Shown here in pieces: positions 6,498 through 14,765 of a stretch of 64,000 nucleotides of DNA. The notes beneath the pieces were generated by a model that did no database searches, was not told the origin of the DNA, and saw nothing but the letters and a program-made list of their open reading frames with translations. Position numbers and translations under genes: made by a program. Source of the stretch: a virus. Within the stretch, counting starts at the first letter, position 1. Every line of letters starts with the position of its first letter. The stretch is taken from positions 31,356 to 95,355 of the IMG/VR virus record IMGVR_UViG_3300049893_000899; one strand, 5' to 3'.

Positions 6498-6986
6498 ATG
6501 GCAAATATTTGTGATGTATACGTTGAGTTCTACAACGTGAAAGATGAACAAAAACATCTTATTACTGAAGAAAACTTCAAGAATGAAGAAATCAAAACAA
6601 ACAACGACGGTTGGGTTGATATAGAGTTTGTTAATGAAGGACTAAACACGTTATCTATGTCCTCAGCGTGGTCAGCTCCTATTTCTTGGTTTGAAGGTTT
6701 TTGCGCTGAACATGGCTTAGATGGAAGAATGTATTTCTATGAGCCTGGATGTTGTTATCATGGATATGCTGACGTTACAGATGGCCACATTCAAACAACA
6801 TACTATGATAATAATTTTGAATATCTTTACCTACATAATAACGAAGGCTTCTGGGATGAAGTAAATTATTTCTTAGAAGAAGATATGCTAGAAGAAGAAG
6901 AATGGAATGAAAGAGTTCTTAAGTATATTTCTCTTGAAGATAAGAAAACATTAATTGAAATGATTGAAAAACAAAAAAAGGGATAA
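6498..6986 (+). CDS. YubB/DUF1281-like ferredoxin-fold protein
   Basis: SAWSAP..WF...YFYEPGC.Y.G motif. Confidence 0.55.
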   Translation: MANICDVYVEFYNVKDEQKHLITEENFKNEEIKTNNDGWVDIEFVNEGLNTLSMSSAWSAPISWFEGFCAEHGLDGRMYFYEPGCCYHGYADVTDGHIQTTYYDNNFEYLYLHNNEGFWDEVNYFLEEDMLEEEEWNERVLKYISLEDKKTLIEMIEKQKKG

Positions 6987-7008
6987 CTTCGGTTATCCCT
7001 TTTTTTTT
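6973..7008. terminator. Bidirectional Rho-independent terminator at the convergence of the accessory and virion modules
   Basis: A7-GGGATAAC-TTCG-GTTATCCC-T9. Confidence 0.9.
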
Positions 7009-7024
7009 ACAAGACCAACGCTTA

Positions 7025-8158
7025 TTATAAAGCTTTAATCCAAAGTGTAGCTGATAATGATTTAGGTGATATACCAACAGGTTGTTGAGTATAGTTCCCT
7101 TGAAATCCAGTTTCACCATTTATAGTATGGTCATGATTACCTGCATTCTTAGTCATTGTTGCTGAAGTAGCAGTTGAAGGACCCCCTAATGACCAAGATT
7201 CAATACTAGCACCTGTTTGATTGGTATCAGCATTTCCATATCGAAACCCTTGATGGTTATGATCCCCACTTATACCAATCTCTATATTAGCTCCATTTGC
7301 ATCAACAGAGTGTTTATGTAAAGGTAATTGATTACCAGCTAACATAACAGTATCAGACCCATCTAAAGTGCCTATTGATCCAGTATTGTATCTTAAGAAT
7401 CTATCTGAGGCATTTGGCAAGTTAAACGTAGTAGTTCCATCTCCAGCCCCATAAGTAGCTCCAATAACAGCAAACAAAGCTGAATAAGTGGTTCTTGAAA
7501 CAGCAGCACCATCAGCTTTAAGAAATTTACTATTTGGAGCAATTGAACCAGAGTAACTTAAATATGTTCCAACAGGAAGGAATTCAGTTATATCAATCGT
7601 TCCGCCAGACACAGTTCCTAAAGCCTCTTCAACAGCAGTAACTCTAGTGTTTAAATCTTGTATCTGATTTAATATGTCTACAATAATGTTTTGAATATTA
7701 TTCAAAGAGTTTCTTAACCAAGTTGTAAAGCTTGTAGTTAATTTAACATTAAATATGTTTCTTTTGTCGCTATTCTCAGAAACAGTATCTATTGAAACAT
7801 CAACATTAAACCCAGAATAGTCTACAACATAATCTTGAGAATCAAATACCAAGTCATCTCCCTCTACATTTGTTACTTGAGGTAATTGATGTGGCTGAAC
7901 GAAAATAATTCTTTCATATACTTTATCAAGATAACTCTTAGCATTAGTATTGGTTGCAGCAATGCCTAATCCAGATAGTTCTTCTAACTTCTTAGTAGAA
8001 TCATACTCTTTAGCTAAGTCGTTTACTTCTGTCTTGAAAGTAACAGAATCAACTAACTCTCTAAACGTTGTCTCGTCAGGTCTATCACCATTCAAGAATC
8101 TATTGCCTCTTTTTGTGGCCTTCTTTGTAACTTCAAAGAAATAACTTTTTAACTTCAT
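7025..8158 (-). CDS. Phage tail-collar domain fibre protein
   Basis: LPVGTYLSYSGSIAPNSKFLKADGAAVSRTTYSALFAVIGATYGAGDGTTTFNLP; downstream HxH motifs; coiled coil upstream. Confidence 0.9.
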   Translation of the reverse strand: MKLKSYFFEVTKKATKRGNRFLNGDRPDETTFRELVDSVTFKTEVNDLAKEYDSTKKLEELSGLGIAATNTNAKSYLDKVYERIIFVQPHQLPQVTNVEGDDLVFDSQDYVVDYSGFNVDVSIDTVSENSDKRNIFNVKLTTSFTTWLRNSLNNIQNIIVDILNQIQDLNTRVTAVEEALGTVSGGTIDITEFLPVGTYLSYSGSIAPNSKFLKADGAAVSRTTYSALFAVIGATYGAGDGTTTFNLPNASDRFLRYNTGSIGTLDGSDTVMLAGNQLPLHKHSVDANGANIEIGISGDHNHQGFRYGNADTNQTGASIESWSLGGPSTATSATMTKNAGNHDHTINGETGFQGNYTQQPVGISPKSLSATLWIKAL

Positions 8159-8159
8159 A

Positions 8160-8759
8160 TTAGTAATTAACTATTTTTTGTCTTATTGTACTATACTTAC
8201 CTTTTTCGTGTATTACAGGCTTCTCATAAACAACGAAACTTCTCTTTCTATGTTTATGGATATGCTTAGTTATTTCGTCAATCGGGACGTTATGCTTCAA
8301 CAAAAGATCAAGATATACTTGATACACATCTTTATTTATAACGTATGACTGGCAACACAATACACCGTCTAATGTCCTTCCAAATCCACAAACAGATTCA
8401 AGACTGAACCTGTTTCCGTTTGACCAATTAAGATGAATGAAATCCCAGCCTAATCCTTTGTTAATAAACTTGTTGAAGTTTGTTATGTACTTCAAGTAGT
8501 TCTTTTCATCAATAATACTATCATCTTCAAAGATATGAATGTAAGGATATCCTTTTTCCATAGCCTCTTCAATAATGCTTATTGTGGTTAATTTAAGGCT
8601 TAAAGCTTGTTTGTTCCATCCTTCTGATGGATTCTCAACTTCTTCTTCTACTTCAACAGGTCTAACTATTTTATAAGAGAATATATTCATCCCTCTTAAT
8701 TTTTCAATTAAAGGATTCAATCTATCTGTACTTTCTTCTAAACTGATAATGTATATCAT
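8160..8759 (-). CDS. Glycosyltransferase family 25-like protein
   Basis: IYIISLEESTDR, IFEDD, SYVIN and PID motifs. Confidence 0.75.
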   Translation of the reverse strand: MIYIISLEESTDRLNPLIEKLRGMNIFSYKIVRPVEVEEEVENPSEGWNKQALSLKLTTISIIEEAMEKGYPYIHIFEDDSIIDEKNYLKYITNFNKFINKGLGWDFIHLNWSNGNRFSLESVCGFGRTLDGVLCCQSYVINKDVYQVYLDLLLKHNVPIDEITKHIHKHRKRSFVVYEKPVIHEKGKYSTIRQKIVNY

Positions 8760-9433
8760 AATATGATTCCATTAATTAATATCACAATATCTCCAACACA
8801 ACCACCTCCAGTATAAGTCATTTCTAAATTAGAAGCAGAAATATTTTTCATTGTATAAGTTGTATTATACGCGGCAGTAGTTGACTTATCAAAAGGAACT
8901 CCAGATATATTGTCAATATCTACAGTGTCAGTGTCAGGTATTCCCGGACCATTTGTTCCGTCCGTATCATAAGAGCCTTCAACTAAGGCGTAAGATCCTG
9001 GTAAATTTAAAGATGGATTTAAAACTGTTTCAGTAGAACCATCATTTTCTCCAAGCAGATCATTAAAATTAAACACTCCTGTTGAAGCTAGGTTTGAATT
9101 GCTTTTTAATAAGAAAACAATCTTATCAGGCTTTATATATGTTTTACCATCAAAATTAATTGGCATAACTTCAAAAGCAGGCATAACAAAGTCTGTAAAA
9201 TTCTTTGTTGTCAACTCTATTTTAGTTGTAAATGAATTGCCATTAACAGATGTATTACAGCTTATCTTGCAGTTAATATCTTCATAATTATTAATAAAAC
9301 TTGTTCTCCAAAGACTGTCAGCTAAAGTTTCAATAGACTCTCTAACGTCAATAGCTTTAACTTGTTTTGTTGAGTTAGGAAATATTTTACCGTATAGGTA
9401 AGTTTTAAATTCTTCAAATGTATTTTTTTTCAT
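8756..9433 (-). CDS. Hypothetical (probable virion) protein
   Basis: 225-aa beta-rich ORF in the tail module. Confidence 0.6.
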   Translation of the reverse strand: MKKNTFEEFKTYLYGKIFPNSTKQVKAIDVRESIETLADSLWRTSFINNYEDINCKISCNTSVNGNSFTTKIELTTKNFTDFVMPAFEVMPINFDGKTYIKPDKIVFLLKSNSNLASTGVFNFNDLLGENDGSTETVLNPSLNLPGSYALVEGSYDTDGTNGPGIPDTDTVDIDNISGVPFDKSTTAAYNTTYTMKNISASNLEMTYTGGGCVGDIVILINGIIL

Positions 9434-9436
9434 ATC

Positions 9437-9976
9437 TTAATTATTAAATTCTTCACTAAAGTCGTCGTTGAAATCCCCAAGTATATTTATAGCAACATCT
9501 TCACAAGAACCAACTATGAAAGCTATTTCGTCATCATCTTCATTGATAGACATGTTGCCAATGCCTTGACATCCTTCAATACATAAATCAGTCGTAAGCT
9601 CTACTTGGTATATATCTAGTAACGCGTCAAATATGCGTTCATAAGGAACGCCATACTTTACAGATAAACAAACTATATTCTTTCTTACGCAAGCTATATC
9701 GAATCCATCTGTCAAAACTTCTGTATTACAGCCATAAAGGAAAGCAGATCTCTCAATCTTAAACTTAATCATTCTAACATAGTAATGAATGAGAGTAAGA
9801 TATCCTATAGCTTCGTATTTAACGACAGACTTGTTTATTTTCCCTAGCTTATCTAAACCGTAAGCTTCAGACAAGATTAAATCAGAATACTCTTGAAGCA
9901 ACGTTGTAGCTGCATCAAAGTATTCTTCATCACTTGTTACAGGAAGATACTTTTGGCTATGTACTTTTAAGCTCAT
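9437..9976 (-). CDS. Hypothetical Cys-containing virion protein
   Basis: ORF overlaps the upstream stop (ATGA); acidic C-terminus. Confidence 0.6.
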   Translation of the reverse strand: MSLKVHSQKYLPVTSDEEYFDAATTLLQEYSDLILSEAYGLDKLGKINKSVVKYEAIGYLTLIHYYVRMIKFKIERSAFLYGCNTEVLTDGFDIACVRKNIVCLSVKYGVPYERIFDALLDIYQVELTTDLCIEGCQGIGNMSINEDDDEIAFIVGSCEDVAINILGDFNDDFSEEFNN

Positions 9977-11517
9977 TTGCAACCACAGTTTTTAGTTTTA
10001 GACTTAGTGTTTACTGTATTCTTACCGTTGCAGTCCATTCTCTTACATACCTCAGACAATTTAGCCAAAATATCTTTAGCTTCAGTAATCTTACTAATTA
10101 AAGAGTCTTCAATAGCAGTATAGAAATTGTTCAAGTAATAAAATGAATGTATCTTTTCAAAGAACAAGTTACTCAATGTAATCAATCTCATTGAAGCTAA
10201 TTGTTTCTCTAAAGTAGAATTACATCCGCAATTAGTTCCACATATAGCTTCTTCTATTGAAGTTGTAATACAATCTTCAATAGCGCAGAAATTAGTAACT
10301 ATAAAGATCTGTACTGCATCTTGATTGTTTTCAGTATACTTACACTCAACTTTATAGATTCCTGTTGTTATAGAGAAGTTTATTTTTGTTTTTGAAGCTA
10401 AATCAAATTCACTAACAACAACACCTTCAAAATCACTTATAGAAACTTCAACAGATTTATTTGTAGAGTAGTTTATGATATTGAATGAATCACAGATAGT
10501 CGATTGTTCAATCTTCAAGAAGTTCAATCCTTCAATAAGATATTCAGAAGAATAACTACATCCACATTCTAAATCGTTTATTGTAGCCTTAATAGTGTAG
10601 TCCCCGATCTTCTTAATATCAAAGTAAAGACTTACATCTAATCCATCAACACCTAAAGGAAATTCATCCTGAAGCAAGTCTACATTGTTTCCGTTGTTCT
10701 TAACTTCCCAAGTTAAAGTATATCTATCTAAAGGAATAGCTTCAACAAAAGTAATTGTAGGAACAATATGAACTTCTTCTCCAAGTGCGAATCCACAAGA
10801 ATTAGAAGCGTTTAAAGGACAGTCAGAGGTTAAAACTATTGAAGGCCTGTATTCTTCTATTAATAAGTTTGAAGCTACATCTAATCCCAAATAAACAGAT
10901 TGTTCGTCTACTTCTCCAGAAACAGTATTACCTTCTATTGTTGTAGCAAAATACTGATCCCATAGTTTAGCGTAAGTAGTAACAACAGAATCCCCATTCT
11001 CTCCTTCGCATCCACAGCCAACACCAGCGTTTCCTGGTAATACTTCAGTAGTTAGATCGTAAGCAACAGCTTCAACCTTAATCTGTAATTCAGTAGGATT
11101 GCAAGGCTCTAAAGTGAAAGACTTTCCTTTAGCTTTGCTCTTGTTGTCTATAAACCAAAATACATCAGCATCAATGTTTGAATTGTAATAGAAGTCAACA
11201 TCAAAAGAACAAGGATTTTTAAACGAGAAAAACCCAGGATAAGGCTTCTTGTATTCAGGATCAGAAACAAGTAATTGAGGGGCAAAATCAATAACAATCT
11301 CATTATCTACATCATAAACATTTGCAACAGTAACATCGTAAGGTGTATATCCTGTTTTGTTTATGGATATTGTCAATGAAGAATTATCTTCTAAAGTAAA
11401 GCTCAAAGGGCCAACAAATGGTACAGCACCACCAACAACTATTCCGTTTATGGCTATGTCTTCAAGGTTTATTGAAGCAGGCAAGCCTAGTGTCGTTATA
11501 TTTAAACTTAAATTCAT
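9973..11517 (-). CDS. Cys-rich structural protein with Ig/PKD-like segments (possible tail hub)
   Basis: Four CGC motifs including C-terminal KNCGCK; beta-rich; GDYTIKATI PKD-like strand. Confidence 0.5.
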   Translation of the reverse strand: MNLSLNITTLGLPASINLEDIAINGIVVGGAVPFVGPLSFTLEDNSSLTISINKTGYTPYDVTVANVYDVDNEIVIDFAPQLLVSDPEYKKPYPGFFSFKNPCSFDVDFYYNSNIDADVFWFIDNKSKAKGKSFTLEPCNPTELQIKVEAVAYDLTTEVLPGNAGVGCGCEGENGDSVVTTYAKLWDQYFATTIEGNTVSGEVDEQSVYLGLDVASNLLIEEYRPSIVLTSDCPLNASNSCGFALGEEVHIVPTITFVEAIPLDRYTLTWEVKNNGNNVDLLQDEFPLGVDGLDVSLYFDIKKIGDYTIKATINDLECGCSYSSEYLIEGLNFLKIEQSTICDSFNIINYSTNKSVEVSISDFEGVVVSEFDLASKTKINFSITTGIYKVECKYTENNQDAVQIFIVTNFCAIEDCITTSIEEAICGTNCGCNSTLEKQLASMRLITLSNLFFEKIHSFYYLNNFYTAIEDSLISKITEAKDILAKLSEVCKRMDCNGKNTVNTKSKTKNCGCK

Positions 11518-11873
11518 ATATTCGTTAATATTAATAGTATCGCCAATAAAGAAGAAACTACAGTTAATTTAACCGTAGTTTTCTTTCTTTTAATTTCTTC
11601 GTTCTTAATCTGAACGTTTTTAATTTTGATTAAGTCAGAATAGTAACAGTTAACACTATCTGTTTTTCTGTTCAACAACTCATTGTTCATCTTAAGATAG
11701 ATCAAAGTGTCCCTTATTATAGATAAATTCTTCTCGCATTTATAATAATAAGTAAACTTATCAATGTCCATTGTAACCTTATCACACCCTACAGTATCAT
11801 ATTTAATGAAACTACATTGAGAATAAGAACTTATCGAAATAAGTAATGCTAATATTGTTGTTGTTTTAACCAT
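11514..11873 (-). CDS. Spanin-like envelope protein (signal peptide, coiled coil, C-terminal TM)
   Basis: Hydrophobic N- and C-termini; overlaps the upstream TM/coiled-coil gene. Confidence 0.45.
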   Translation of the reverse strand: MVKTTTILALLISISSYSQCSFIKYDTVGCDKVTMDIDKFTYYYKCEKNLSIIRDTLIYLKMNNELLNRKTDSVNCYYSDLIKIKNVQIKNEEIKRKKTTVKLTVVSSLLAILLILTNI

Positions 11874-12154
11874 TCTATCGCTTCTTTTTTGTCTTCTACT
11901 GTAATTTTAACTCTTGTAAGTTCAATTGCTTTATCTATTATTGAGTCGTTCTTTGAACTCAATTTAGATATATCAATCTTTAATCTGTCAATTTTAGCTT
12001 GTTGTTTAATAGTAATCATATACAAGCTGTCCGCCTGACTAGCATTATCATCTGATATTTCTTTAAGCTTCTTTGTTTCGTAAAAGAATAAGCTAGCAAA
12101 TACTAACATTAAAACGAAAAGAATCAGATCAATATATGAGAATTTAAACGTCAT
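11849..12154 (-). CDS. i-spanin-like membrane protein
   Basis: N-terminal TM followed by coiled coil, in the lysis cluster. Confidence 0.5.
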   Translation of the reverse strand: MTFKFSYIDLILFVLMLVFASLFFYETKKLKEISDDNASQADSLYMITIKQQAKIDRLKIDISKLSSKNDSIIDKAIELTRVKITVEDKKEAIEWLKQQQY

Positions 12155-12160
12155 AACAAG

Positions 12161-12379
12161 TTACTTTTCAGATCCACCAATAATTTTGTGTAGTATCTTA
12201 TTAACTATAGAATCTTTAGACACAACTAAAGATAGACCTATAAGGAATAATACTAACTGAACAGAAACAAGTTGCATGTCTTTTCTATCTGTCCAAATCA
12301 TAGCTCCAGAAAAACAAAGTAGAGATATTCCTACTATTGTTGTTATTGGGCCGTTTTTAATGTTTTCAATTAATTTCAT
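12161..12379 (-). CDS. Holin-like 2-TM protein
   Basis: 72 aa with two hydrophobic helices. Confidence 0.55.
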   Translation of the reverse strand: MKLIENIKNGPITTIVGISLLCFSGAMIWTDRKDMQLVSVQLVLFLIGLSLVVSKDSIVNKILHKIIGGSEK

Positions 12380-12390
12380 AGTTGTTTTTT

Positions 12391-13020
12391 TTAAAGACCT
12401 ATTGATTCTTTCATTATATATTCTATTGCCTGAACAGATCTGCTCATTAGCTGTAATTCTTTAACTGTAAATTTATGTTTATCATTATATGATACAATAC
12501 AAAATCCATTTATATTTCCATTAATATACAACGGAAGATAAACAATGCCTTTCTTTTTAACTTTATCTCCAACCCATCTCAATAAAGGATCTTCATCTTT
12601 AGATAAGTCCTCTCTAAAAAACCAACCGTATTCTTTCATTTCAAGAACATATTCAGCATAAGGCTCTAATTGTTCTCCTACAAATTCTTGATGCCCAACA
12701 AATGTTTTATCATCGTAAGTAACAAGAGTAAATCTTTTTAAATGGATGTTGTCACCAGTAACCAATCCGTTATGTATATGGAAAACAGAAACATTATCAG
12801 CCTTGAAGTCTTCTCTGATGTTTTTACAAACCTTCTTAATCTTAACTGAATTTTTAAGATAAGCATCTATATTGCTTTTCTTTTTCATTGAAGAAAGACC
12901 ATAATAAGAAAAGGCTCCAATAAAAAATATCAGAACCATTAATGCCCATCTTTTAATTTTACCTCCCTCTGGCTTGAGGGAGATAATAAAACTTATTAAT
13001 CCAGAAAACAAAGTTTCCAT
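12391..13020 (-). CDS. Single-TM protein with GAF-like soluble domain (T4 holin T-like architecture)
   Basis: TM WALMVLIFFIGAFSYYGL; ADNVSVFHIHNG and VYLPLYINGNINGFCIVSY...FTVKELQLM. Confidence 0.55.
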   Translation of the reverse strand: METLFSGLISFIISLKPEGGKIKRWALMVLIFFIGAFSYYGLSSMKKKSNIDAYLKNSVKIKKVCKNIREDFKADNVSVFHIHNGLVTGDNIHLKRFTLVTYDDKTFVGHQEFVGEQLEPYAEYVLEMKEYGWFFREDLSKDEDPLLRWVGDKVKKKGIVYLPLYINGNINGFCIVSYNDKHKFTVKELQLMSRSVQAIEYIMKESIGL

Positions 13021-13025
13021 TTTTA

Positions 13026-13610
13026 TTAGAACTCTTTTAATATAGTAATAGTAACAAACTTTTGTCCTTTCGTCAATCCTATTATTCTTTCATAGTCCCA
13101 TTCTACATTACAAACCATACATCCGTATGACCATGCTCCAATAAGTTTCTGAACTATAGATTTAACCTTATCGAATAATCCATTATACGAGTTATAATGA
13201 AAATTGGTGTTTCTAATTATTAATTCTGGAGTTCCTAACTCTTCTGCAATACTATTATTGTTGTTGTCAGAGTAAGTTAAGATAGGTTTAACCTGTCTTA
13301 ATGCTGGCATCTTTCCATTGTGTAAGCCATAAGAAAAAGCCTTATACATAATCTGATTAGACTTAATTACAGCAGCACCTTTCTTGTTAACCTTCTTCCA
13401 ACCGCCTAATAACGCTGGAGTCCCTGGTCTAGTAGTACATGTTGTAGCAAGAACAAATTCTTTATTTTTAAACAAATAACACTTATCTTCAAACACATTC
13501 GGAGTCTGTGTTTCTTTTCTAACAAGTATTAAATGGTAATCATCTGGAAACCCTACAAATTCAGGTAGGGATTCCATTTTACCAAGAAGTTCATTATCGT
13601 TGTATGTCAT
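13026..13610 (-). CDS. Putative endolysin with L,D-transpeptidase-like Cys catalytic motif
   Basis: NFH...WSYGCMV (H...SxGC); adjacent to holin- and spanin-like genes. Confidence 0.55.
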   Translation of the reverse strand: MTYNDNELLGKMESLPEFVGFPDDYHLILVRKETQTPNVFEDKCYLFKNKEFVLATTCTTRPGTPALLGGWKKVNKKGAAVIKSNQIMYKAFSYGLHNGKMPALRQVKPILTYSDNNNNSIAEELGTPELIIRNTNFHYNSYNGLFDKVKSIVQKLIGAWSYGCMVCNVEWDYERIIGLTKGQKFVTITILKEF

Positions 13611-13827
13611 CTTCTTTGTTAATTAACTTTTCTTCAATCTTTCCTGATAAATTCAACAAAGCCAACTTAGTTCCTTTGTTTTGCATTCCAATTGTAGATA
13701 CTTGTTTATCTGCAATATTTAAGCATTCTAAAATAATGCCTAATTCTTGTTTAGTAAAATCAAATGAAATGAAATCTTCTGGATTCATTTTTGACTCAAC
13801 AACTTGTTCTTTTACTTGATCTTCCAT
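13594..13827 (-). CDS. Hypothetical protein
   Basis: 77-aa ORF overlapping its neighbours. Confidence 0.55.
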   Translation of the reverse strand: MEDQVKEQVVESKMNPEDFISFDFTKQELGIILECLNIADKQVSTIGMQNKGTKLALLNLSGKIEEKLINKEDDIQR

Positions 13828-14764
13828 AATCGTATGTTTCTTTTAATGTTTTAGCGTACAATTTACCAATTTTATACAGATTTTCTGTCTTTTTAGGAGA
13901 AAAATTAAAGGCATTTGAATAATACTCTCTTTTCATCCAATATATATTGACTTTAACTCCTTTGATTTTAGCTAAAGAAAGCCCTAAAACTAAAGAGCTA
14001 ACATCTGAATCATCATATACTCCTCTTAACACATTTAGTATTTTAGAGAATATGTTTTTAGCCTTTGTATTGTATTTAGAATCTTCTGGAGCTATGTATT
14101 TAGCTTCATCTCCACTAAGCAACTCCATTCTCTTGATCATATCATATATCCTTTTTGACTTAGGAGAATGCATAAACACATCAATTTCAGTACATCCTTG
14201 TAATACAGCTTCAGCAATACCAACGCCTTCAGATATACCTCCATCAGAAGTGTCTCTACCATATAGAGTTGTAGCTGTCATTATTATCGGAACAGCAGTA
14301 GAAGAAAATACGGCTTGTTTATACTCTTCAAATCCAGAATTAATACCAATCCATTCTATTGAAGCAGAATCATCAAAATGAACACCAACATCTGCTTTGA
14401 TATTCTTGCTTATAGCTTCATTAAACAGGTCTTTAGTTATTTTGGCGTCTATTATATTTTTCAAGTTATTATGTTGACCAACACTGTTTCTGCCTTTAAT
14501 TATAGAGAATACAGAGTGAAACAATATCTTTTTGAAAGAGAACTTTCCTTTTTTATTCAATAGATTAATGTTGTATATCCCATTATTATCTACAAGATAA
14601 GACGAATATAGTTCATCAAACTTCTCCATTTGATACATTAACACTATCAACGCTCCAGTAGATACACCGTTTGCGTAATCGTACTTAGGTCTCCCGAGAG
14701 CATCTAATACCCCGAGAGTATGGGGGCCATCTGCCCCACCTCCTGAAATAACTAATCCTTTCAT
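13796..14764 (-). CDS. Patatin-like phospholipase
   Basis: SGGGADG, GVSTG (GxSxG) and DGG motifs; true start is likely ATG at 14764 (MKGLVISGGG). Confidence 0.9.
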   Translation of the reverse strand: MKGLVISGGGADGPHTLGVLDALGRPKYDYANGVSTGALIVLMYQMEKFDELYSSYLVDNNGIYNINLLNKKGKFSFKKILFHSVFSIIKGRNSVGQHNNLKNIIDAKITKDLFNEAISKNIKADVGVHFDDSASIEWIGINSGFEEYKQAVFSSTAVPIIMTATTLYGRDTSDGGISEGVGIAEAVLQGCTEIDVFMHSPKSKRIYDMIKRMELLSGDEAKYIAPEDSKYNTKAKNIFSKILNVLRGVYDDSDVSSLVLGLSLAKIKGVKVNIYWMKREYYSNAFNFSPKKTENLYKIGKLYAKTLKETYDYGRSSKRTSC

Positions 14765-14765
14765 A

